Shown: piece by piece, positions 1 to 8,100 of the stretch
Position numbering within the stretch: position 1 is the first letter of the stretch
Layout: every line of letters starts with the position of its first letter
NCBI GenBank assembly: GCA_020343595.1
Contig: CP070802.1
Span: 297,151-361,150, forward strand
Source: a candidate division WOR-3 bacterium
GTDB lineage: Bacteria > Hydrothermota > Tepidihabitantia > SM23-42
Length of the DNA: 64,000 nucleotides
Direction: 5' to 3'
The notes under the pieces: generated by a model
Told to the model about the DNA's origin: nothing
The model's database searches: none
Seen by the model: only the letters and a program-made list of their open reading frames with translations
Program-made: the position numbers and the translations under genes

Positions 1-2
1 CG

Positions 3-374
3 GTCGGCGCCGATACCGTGATTGTCATTGAAGAACAGATGGGCGAAGACCTAGCAAAAAGGCTACTGTCGCCGGAGATATACCAGCATGTGGTACTCAC
101 TACCGGCCACAGTCTTGTCGAAATTGAGGCACGTCCTGATTTCATCGGTAAGAGCCTGAGAGAATTGGATTTCCGTAAGAACTACGGGCTCAATATCATC
201 GCTATACAGCGCAGAATACCCAAGGTGAACGATGACGGAAAGATAACATACACGGTCGAGGTGAACGATGTTCCTGGCCCGGATGACAGGATCGGGAAGG
301 GTGACATTATCGTCGTCGTGGGAGCAGATGAGAATCTCGAGCGGATGAGTATTTCCGCAAAGGAGAAGAAGTAA
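3..374 (+). CDS. RCK_C (TrkA-C) domain protein, 5'-partial (frame open from window start)
   Basis: No stop upstream of the GTG at 18 in this frame, so the gene likely starts before the window. Sequence has a TrkA-C/RCK_C-like regulatory-domain pattern (IGKSLRELDF...GDIIVVVG). Confidence 0.6.
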   Translation, partial: VGADTVIVIEEQMGEDLAKRLLSPEIYQHVVLTTGHSLVEIEARPDFIGKSLRELDFRKNYGLNIIAIQRRIPKVNDDGKITYTVEVNDVPGPDDRIGKGDIIVVVGADENLERMSISAKEKK

Positions 375-1628
375 TTGCTGTCGAGCAAGGGTAAGATCAG
401 GCTTATTCTCGTGATCGCAGTGTCACTTTCGTTAGGGACTGCGCTCGTTTCACTCTTATACATGAGTGCAATGATCTCCCGTATTAATCAGATAACGCTG
501 AGGGATGCCAAATTGGTAGACCTGGGTCGTGATATATCAATCAAAACACTCGATGCACGCAGAGAAGAGAAGAATTTTATTATCTATCTTGATTCAACCC
601 ATGTCGGGCAGGCATTCAACATAATTTCGCAGATCGAAGCCAACACCGAGGAGGCAAAGCGCATCGCCCCGGAGCATTCGGGCAAACTGGACTCGATTGC
701 TCTATTTCTTGGTCGTTACAGAAGCAATATCGCGGTTCTTGCAACAACTTTTCAGGAGGATCCCCGGGCCCTTTCTATGTTGCAGAGGCAATTGGTAGAT
801 TATGAAGAGCAGTTAAAGAAGACTGTTGGCCGCAGTAGATCTGGGCAGGATTCTCTGCCCTCCTGGCTCACCGACCTGAACGTCTTAATGATCGCTGCAA
901 CGACGAAGCTATCGACTGAAAAAGCACGTTTGCTCACTGAACTCAGAGAGACCAGCACGGCAATTCTCAGCCTGTCGGGGCAAATAGTGGTGCAGGCACA
1001 GACCGACCTTGCAATGCATAGCGAAGAGGGCGTTCGCTACGGGCTCAAGGCGCAGCGGAATACGCTCACGATTTTTATTGTGACCTTGCTGCTCCTTGGA
1101 TATCTAATTCTATATTTCCCGCGGTATGTACTGTTACCATTTCAGCGCATTACCAAAACACTAAAAGCGATAAGCAGGGGCGACGCCGGGCTCAGGCTTG
1201 CAGGTTTTGAGAAGGGCGGTGAATTCAGTGAATTATATAATGCGTTCCAGGATGCGATATTCAACCTAAAGCTCTACAACGATCTGAAGACAGAAAGGAT
1301 CGTTGAACTTGAGAGGCAATTTCGTCTCACCCTTGAAGAAATGAAAGAAGCATGTGTCGTCCTGTCCTACGACCTTAGAGTTGTCTATGCTAACAGCGCA
1401 GCCGCTAATCTTCTCGCATTGGAAGAAGAGATCATCGGCAAGAATATATCTGAATTGCCTGCATTATGGAAGATCCTTGAATCACCTCTTACTTCGGGTG
1501 ACAGTCAACGCAGGATCGAAACGAGCGGCAGGATAAAGCGGTCAGACCTCCGGAAGAGGAACATAACTGTCATATCCTTCCGCAGTAAAACTAATGATGC
1601 CACGATGAGAGTGGTCATCATCAAGTAA
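375..1628 (+). CDS. Membrane sensor protein: 2 TM, extracytoplasmic helical domain, HAMP and PAS domains, no output domain
   Basis: TTG start 8 nt after an AAGGAG at 361-366. Hydrophobic segments near residues 10-30 and about 215-240. HAMP-like segment (PFQRITKTLKAISRGDAGLRL...FNLKL) followed by a PAS-like segment (EACVVLSYDLRVVYANSAAANLL). Confidence 0.55.
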   Translation: MLSSKGKIRLILVIAVSLSLGTALVSLLYMSAMISRINQITLRDAKLVDLGRDISIKTLDARREEKNFIIYLDSTHVGQAFNIISQIEANTEEAKRIAPEHSGKLDSIALFLGRYRSNIAVLATTFQEDPRALSMLQRQLVDYEEQLKKTVGRSRSGQDSLPSWLTDLNVLMIAATTKLSTEKARLLTELRETSTAILSLSGQIVVQAQTDLAMHSEEGVRYGLKAQRNTLTIFIVTLLLLGYLILYFPRYVLLPFQRITKTLKAISRGDAGLRLAGFEKGGEFSELYNAFQDAIFNLKLYNDLKTERIVELERQFRLTLEEMKEACVVLSYDLRVVYANSAAANLLALEEEIIGKNISELPALWKILESPLTSGDSQRRIETSGRIKRSDLRKRNITVISFRSKTNDATMRVVIIK

Positions 1629-1686
1629 GGTTTACTCAAGGAAACCAACCAGTACGAAGAAATCGAGTTCTTGATACTTGAAGAGA

Positions 1687-2235
1687 CTACAATTTACTAG
1701 CCTCGGCGAGAAGAAGCATAAGGAATTTCTCAAAGACTTCACGTTGTTCGTCAGTGTAGAGTACGAACCTAACGTGCCTTACATAGCGTAAGCCGGACAG
1801 CGATTCAAGAACGGTTCTCAGCGCTATTTCGGCTGCCTCTTCAAGCGGATAGCCGAACGCTCCGGTGGAGATTGCCGGGAAGGCGACCGAATGAGCCTTG
1901 TTCTGTTCGGCAACGGTCAGTGAATTCCTGTAACAGTTGGCCAGCAATACTGCTGCAGGTTCATCATGTCCATACACCGGGCCGAGACAGTGTACGACGT
2001 ATTTGTTCGGGAGTTTATAAGCACCGGTTATTACTGCCTCGCCGGGTTTGATCGGAGCCAAGGTTCTGCATGCAATGGTCAGGTCTGGTCCTGCCGCGCT
2101 GTGAATCGCACCAGCGACACCGCCACCGGTCTGTAACTGTGCATTTGCTGCATTGACAATAGCGTCTATAGCCTGCTGCGCTGCGATGTTGCCTTGGGTA
2201 ATCTCAACCGTGACGCCTTTGATCATCTTTTGCAT
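1687..2235 (-). CDS. Macro domain protein (ADP-ribose-1''-phosphate phosphatase / O-acetyl-ADP-ribose deacetylase family)
   Basis: Canonical macro motifs: IVNAANAQL, GGGVAGAIHSAAG, AISTGAFGYP. Confidence 0.85.
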   Translation of the reverse strand: MQKMIKGVTVEITQGNIAAQQAIDAIVNAANAQLQTGGGVAGAIHSAAGPDLTIACRTLAPIKPGEAVITGAYKLPNKYVVHCLGPVYGHDEPAAVLLANCYRNSLTVAEQNKAHSVAFPAISTGAFGYPLEEAAEIALRTVLESLSGLRYVRHVRFVLYTDEQREVFEKFLMLLLAEASKL

Positions 2236-2245
2236 CGGTATCTCC

Positions 2246-2770
2246 TCACTTTAGCATTATCGTGTCATGGATGCGCCAACCTTCATCCTCATAGACTGCG
2301 TATATCAAGCGTTCAACTGTAAAAGTCAGTGGTTTAAGTTGCTTCCGTACGGTTGCTCGCGCCTTAAGCAGTTCTTCGGTTCTATCGAAAACGCCGATCG
2401 TGAGATGGGGTACATAAGCAAGAGCAGATGCCGCGATATATTCGGAAAACAGAACGTGCATTCTTGAATTGATCTTTGTTAGCTTTCCCCCGTCTTCTGG
2501 TTTCAACCACAATATTGATTCATCGCGTACAAAGGTACCTAACTCGCGTAGTTTGATTTCGAACTGCCTGATATCCTTCAGTTGATTGGTTATCATACGG
2601 CGTGATCCGTTCCATCTATCTTCCGGAATGAAAGGGTATAGTATGGTTATATGGGGCGTTATCATACTGTCATAAGCTTTGAATACACGTCGCCACATGT
2701 TTATCTCGTTTCTTATTTCAGGAGGCGGCATAACAACCAACCCAGTTTCGTTCTTCCGTGGTTTTTTCAT
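2246..2770 (-). CDS. 2H phosphoesterase superfamily protein (LigT / 2'-5' RNA ligase-like cyclic phosphodiesterase)
   Basis: Two H-x-T-x motifs (HITIL and HLTIG) about 80 aa apart; size about 174 aa, typical of LigT. Confidence 0.75.
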   Translation of the reverse strand: MKKPRKNETGLVVMPPPEIRNEINMWRRVFKAYDSMITPHITILYPFIPEDRWNGSRRMITNQLKDIRQFEIKLRELGTFVRDESILWLKPEDGGKLTKINSRMHVLFSEYIAASALAYVPHLTIGVFDRTEELLKARATVRKQLKPLTFTVERLIYAVYEDEGWRIHDTIMLK

Positions 2771-2868
2771 ACTCTATTATGTTACATTCCGCATTAAGTT
2801 AGCAGGCTATCTCATTTTTTATCGTGTTTATCCGCAATGACTTCATATGAAATAATAACATTGTATTT

Positions 2869-5100
2869 TCAGAAAACGGTGAAGGCAACGCGGTCATTTG
2901 CCCATGTGCCGCCATTGCCGGCCTCGGCTTCGAGGATATGTTCTCCACGAGTGGGCTGCCACTGAAATTCGTATGGGTACTTTTCAGTCGCAATCGGCTC
3001 ACCGTCAAGAATCCATCTTATCGTCTCGCTCGAATCGCTCATTCTGAGCCGGAATATTACACTTTGTGAGACTGTGGAGACTTGTGGATCGATCATGAAG
3101 ATATCCCCGTCTCCCGGGTTGAGGATCGTTAACCTTTCGGTGCTCCTTCCCGTTGCATCGCTTCCTCGCTGCGTGAATACCACTGGTGTTTCGCGTTTTT
3201 GCTCATGGCAGCTGTCGATTGGCGATGTACCTGGAATGAAAATCTCTTCAATCTGGTGTGGACACGAAGTGCGGGCCAGCATTCCCGTGAGCAGACAGAC
3301 GTTTCGTCTTTCCAGAGTACCAGGACAGCTGAACTGCGTAGGGCATCTTCCCTGGTGCAATTCAAGCATGATGTCCCGGAATAGTGGGGCAGCGCCTGTT
3401 ATGCCTGAAACGCCCTGCATCGGAGCACCACTGAAATTGCCAATCCATACTCCTACGATGTAATCGGTCGTGTATCCAATACACCAGTTATCGCGATAAT
3501 CTTTGGATGTGCCGGTTTTAACCGCGCATGCGAAAGGCAGATTCAACGGGTTGTCAATACCAAAGGCTTTAAACCTACCGGTATTGTCGGATAGAATATC
3601 AGTGATGAGATATGCTACTTCGGCTGAGAGTACGCGCTCTTCTGCAGCAATATTGAAGTTTATCGATCGAGCGTTCTGGTCATATGCTTTATGTACACAG
3701 ATTAGCTCATCAATTGCACCACCGCTTGAGAATGCTCGATAAGCATTTACCAATTCATACAGTGTCGTTTCGGCTGCGCCAAGGCTCAATGACAAACCAT
3801 AGTGCTGGGCACCCTTGTCCAGATTCTTGAAACGTAGTTGTTTGAGAAAACCATGGAACCGCTCAATGCCAAGCATCTCAATAAGATAGACCGCCGGGAC
3901 GTTGAACGAGGAGGCCAATGCCTCACGCAATCTGGTCGGACCGTGATATCTCTGCCCGTAGTTCCTGGGTACAAAATTGGTACCGTCGTGGAGGCGGAAC
4001 TCGATGACCGTATCCGGCAGGAAATCTGCCAATGACATGCCTGCGGTGAGAGCAAGCGCATATAGAAAGGGTTTTATGCTCGACCCGGGCTGTCTGAGAG
4101 CGATACAACCATTGACCTGTCCCTCAGCGGCATTGAAATAGTCCTGAGATCCTACCATTGCCAGGACCTCACCGGTCCGTGCATTAACAACCATGATTGC
4201 ACCTTGAGTCACGTGATAGTCTCTTAGGGAACGAAGCGTCGTTTTGAGCATCGCTTCACAGTCCTTCTGCAAAGTCATATCGATCGTCGAAAGAATTCTT
4301 GTTGCGTTGTTCAGGTGCATGTCAGACATTCCCGCGAGCACATAATCGACGAAATGAGGTGCTTCGAAATTGATCTTCCGTTCTATAAGGTTTATATTTT
4401 CCCGTGATGCTATGGCGTGCGTTTGTGAGTCAATTAAATAATTTTCCATTAGAACATGTAAGAGTCGCCTGAATTCGTCATCTACGGTTGCAGAATTAAC
4501 ATAAGGATTCATGAGGGTTGGGGCGCGGGGAATGACCGCAAGCATACAGGATTCGCCGTATGAAAGGTGACTGGCGCTTTTTCGGAAATAGAAGCGTGCC
4601 GCAGCTTCGACCCCATAGGTCTGGTTGCCATATGGAACCCGGTTGAGATAAATCTCCATTATCCGCGGCTTTGAAAGGTGTAAGTCCAGCTTCAAGGCAT
4701 AAATGGTCTCCAGGATCTTACTCAATAGCCCCCTGCTCTTGAGATTCAGGCACATCTTTGCTACCTGCATTGTTATTGACGAGCCCCCCGAGACTATCTT
4801 TCCCCGTCTGATGTTAAGAAGGGTAGCCCTGATTAGTGCAAGAGGGTCAATACCCTGATGGAATAAGAAACGCTTGTCTTCTCTTATGATCGTTGCCTTG
4901 ATGATGGCCGGGGCGATGTCATCGAGAGACACCCAGACGCTTGTTTTGTAGTCGTATGACAGCACATGACGAAGCAATTCTCCGTTTCGATCGTAGATCT
5001 GCTTCGAGCAAAAATCCGTCGGATAGAGTTGCTGCGACGGGATTGGCCATATGATAAATAGAAGTACAGCGGCAGAGAGAATAATCAGTACATACTTCAT
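2869..5100 (-). CDS. pbpC: Penicillin-binding protein 1C (transglycosylase + transpeptidase)
   Basis: N-terminal TM. GT51 motif EDKRFLFHQGID. Transpeptidase motifs SSIK, SFN, KTGT. C-terminal PBP1C-type domain. Lies immediately downstream of the alpha-2-macroglobulin gene. Confidence 0.85.
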   Translation of the reverse strand: MKYVLIILSAAVLLFIIWPIPSQQLYPTDFCSKQIYDRNGELLRHVLSYDYKTSVWVSLDDIAPAIIKATIIREDKRFLFHQGIDPLALIRATLLNIRRGKIVSGGSSITMQVAKMCLNLKSRGLLSKILETIYALKLDLHLSKPRIMEIYLNRVPYGNQTYGVEAAARFYFRKSASHLSYGESCMLAVIPRAPTLMNPYVNSATVDDEFRRLLHVLMENYLIDSQTHAIASRENINLIERKINFEAPHFVDYVLAGMSDMHLNNATRILSTIDMTLQKDCEAMLKTTLRSLRDYHVTQGAIMVVNARTGEVLAMVGSQDYFNAAEGQVNGCIALRQPGSSIKPFLYALALTAGMSLADFLPDTVIEFRLHDGTNFVPRNYGQRYHGPTRLREALASSFNVPAVYLIEMLGIERFHGFLKQLRFKNLDKGAQHYGLSLSLGAAETTLYELVNAYRAFSSGGAIDELICVHKAYDQNARSINFNIAAEERVLSAEVAYLITDILSDNTGRFKAFGIDNPLNLPFACAVKTGTSKDYRDNWCIGYTTDYIVGVWIGNFSGAPMQGVSGITGAAPLFRDIMLELHQGRCPTQFSCPGTLERRNVCLLTGMLARTSCPHQIEEIFIPGTSPIDSCHEQKRETPVVFTQRGSDATGRSTERLTILNPGDGDIFMIDPQVSTVSQSVIFRLRMSDSSETIRWILDGEPIATEKYPYEFQWQPTRGEHILEAEAGNGGTWANDRVAFTVF

Positions 5101-5105
5101 TTTTC

Positions 5106-8100
5106 TTACCGTATGATCACGTGACTCTGGTTTGAATTTCCAAAAACCTCAGGTGAGTACATCTCCTGCGCTTGTGTCTGGGGACGGAGGAATTTTCCTC
5201 CGGATGCCGCGCGTATGTAGTAGATCTTCGTATGTTCACCCGGGAAGAGCTGCTCGGCAAAGAACAGAACCCGATCATCATAGAATTCAGTATGGTTAAA
5301 GCCGCCCCACCAATGGCCGCGTTCTTCGTAACGGGCGCCTGAGTACCTTTCTCTCACAGCACGTGACTCCGTTGCCATGAAGGATTGAACTGGAACGAAC
5401 CCCGCGGGTATGGGGTCTTCCACGACTGCAAAAAGCCGGGTTTCCGGAGTGACTACGTGAACTACGACCTTATAGACCTCTCCCCTCTTGAATCTCCAGA
5501 CCGGCTTATCATCGACCGAAAGTATCTCCTTCCAGACATAAAAGCCTCCGTCATAAGGGTACGGCCTTTCTGCAAGTGCGTATTTCATCCGCATGGTGTA
5601 ATATAATCGACCAATGCCTTCTTTCGTAATTATGACAGGCAGGATTGAGTCTTTGGGTACACGCTCAAATGACACATGGAACCGCTCTGGCTCGATGTTA
5701 CTCCTGCCTCGGAAAGATTGCTTTACTAATTCCTGTGCACCGAGAAGAACGCGCGCGGTAAAATCGGGTGCGTCACGTTCATACTTTTTATAGTAAGTCA
5801 GGAATGCATCAAAGACGAATGCGTTTTCATGAGTCGTCGGTTTTGCGCGCTTTGTCCGTTCCTGGACCAACCAGCGCATCACTTCAGCGGAATACGGAAA
5901 CGGTATGTCCATTTCCATGAATGCCTGTATTACCGCTGCAGTGACTTTTGCCGGTGATGGGAATGTCCAACCGCGTCCCGTGGTTTCTTCGAAATGAGCG
6001 GTGGTGTGGGATATCATGACCTTGTTAACCAGAATGGTGCGGATTTCGCTCTCGAAATTACCGCCCATATGGAGCATGCGACCTGTCCTGAGAAGCATTA
6101 CCTTGCCGAATATGCTGAGTTTGTTGCGTCGTTCGAAGAGGCGCGCTGCATATGCCTGCTCACCAATTCCCCAGAGTGTAAGGGAATACAGACAGAAGGC
6201 CTTCGTTGTCAGCCGCGCATCTTCATCATAGGGATAAGTCCAATCGACATCCTGCCACCGTAAGACATCGCGTAAGAAGCCGATGCCCCTGGTGATGACC
6301 TGTTGGTCAACATTATAGCCAGCGTTCCTTGCACGGTAGAGAACATATAGCGTGTAGGCCGAAAGGTAGGGACATGAACTGCGCGATCCCTTAAAGTAGA
6401 CAAATCCACCGTTGTCTGTCTGGTAGTCTTTAAGAGTGTTCAGCACAGACTGAACAGTATCACGTAGTGCCCGGCCAGTTACTGGTGCAAGTTTGAACTG
6501 GTCGATCAATTCTCCGCCTGTGATCAGAGGGAGTATCTTTGATAGTATTTGTTCAAGACAGTAGTATGGGTAATTCCACAGAAAATCAATACCCTGGTCC
6601 ATTCCAGCAAGGAATGTGGGTGACAGAGATATTTCTATCCCGCCGAGTCGTTCGTCGGCTTGCGATGGGACGATTATTGCTTCGAGTGAAGAATCAATGG
6701 TCGAACCAGATGTTGCCACGGCTTCAAATAACGGGGGTATGATGATGGGTATCTTTAATCTCAGCGCATCGGTCTCTTCACCCAAGTGCGATTTGAACTC
6801 GAACGTCGCTTCGCCGGTCGTACGCGCATTGAACCGGAAAAGTACTTCGGTGCTTGTATTTGGCATGAGAGTCAATTCCCTGTGCCTGGGTTCGAGTTGC
6901 TCGAGGCCTGTCGCACGGCACTCGACAGTGGCTTTTTCTTTTCTGTCAGTCCGGTTGTGCAGGACGATCCCTGCCCTGAATTCATCACCGACGCGCAAGA
7001 ACCTCGGGATGGATGGTGTGATCATATAAGGCAGGCTTACAACGAATGTCGATTCGGCAGAACCGAACTGAGAGTTCTTTGTTTGTGCCACGGCCATTAT
7101 TCTGAATTTTGTCAAATTATCTGGTAATTCGAAACGTGCTCTTGCCCGTCCATCTCTGTCGGTTTCAATAGCCCCTCTATAGAATGCTGTCGCAATGAAT
7201 TTCTCACGGTACGAAACACCCTCGGCAAAGGCACCACCACCACCTCTTTCCTCACCTTTTTCACCATAATCACGTTCCCCGAGTATGTTGACGCGTGATT
7301 CGATCGTCCTCACCGCCAGCGGTCTCGTACCGTAGAAATACTTGAACGGATCTGGTGTCTTGAAATCTATGAGGTTGAGGACACCAAGATCGACTACGAA
7401 GAGAGCAACATCGCTACCCGCTACAGGCTTACCGGCATTGTCTCTTACGACGAGATCGAGCGCAACAGTGTCGCGTGGTCCGTAGTCATTCCGGTCCGGG
7501 CGGACGCTGACCTGTAATCTCTTCTCAGCAGCATTGACCATCAGATTCAAATATCCAATCTTGAACTGTGGTTTGCCAAGATCCTGCTGTTTTTCATCAT
7601 CCCAGCGGAGGTTTCTTACGCGTCCGCGCAGTAGCATAACACTAACGTAGATATTGGGTAGATACTCTGATTCTATCGGTAGTTCAATGTAGTCAGCGTT
7701 GCCCCGTAGCACTCGGGTGAATTTGTCCAGGACCAGTTCTCTCTCGACAGTCACTAAGCAACGCGCCGAATCGTACGGTGATTTGACAAGGATACGTGCC
7801 GTATCACCTACATCGTATTGTTCCTTGTCGGCGACGACCTCGATGATATCATCGTCCCGCATCTCCCAACCTGCGTTCCCGCGACCGGCAACGTAGTAAT
7901 ACCGGCGTGTAGTTGACATCCTGCCTCGACCATCCTTGCCATAGGCACGTGCGTAGTAGTAACCTGGAACATCCGGTATTACTTGGACAGAACTCCTTTC
8001 ACCGCTCTTGACCTTCTGGCTGGAGACCTTCGTATCGACACGTTCGGAAACCCACTCATATCGACCGCCAAGACGTGCTTTTTTTATAGACTTCCATTCA

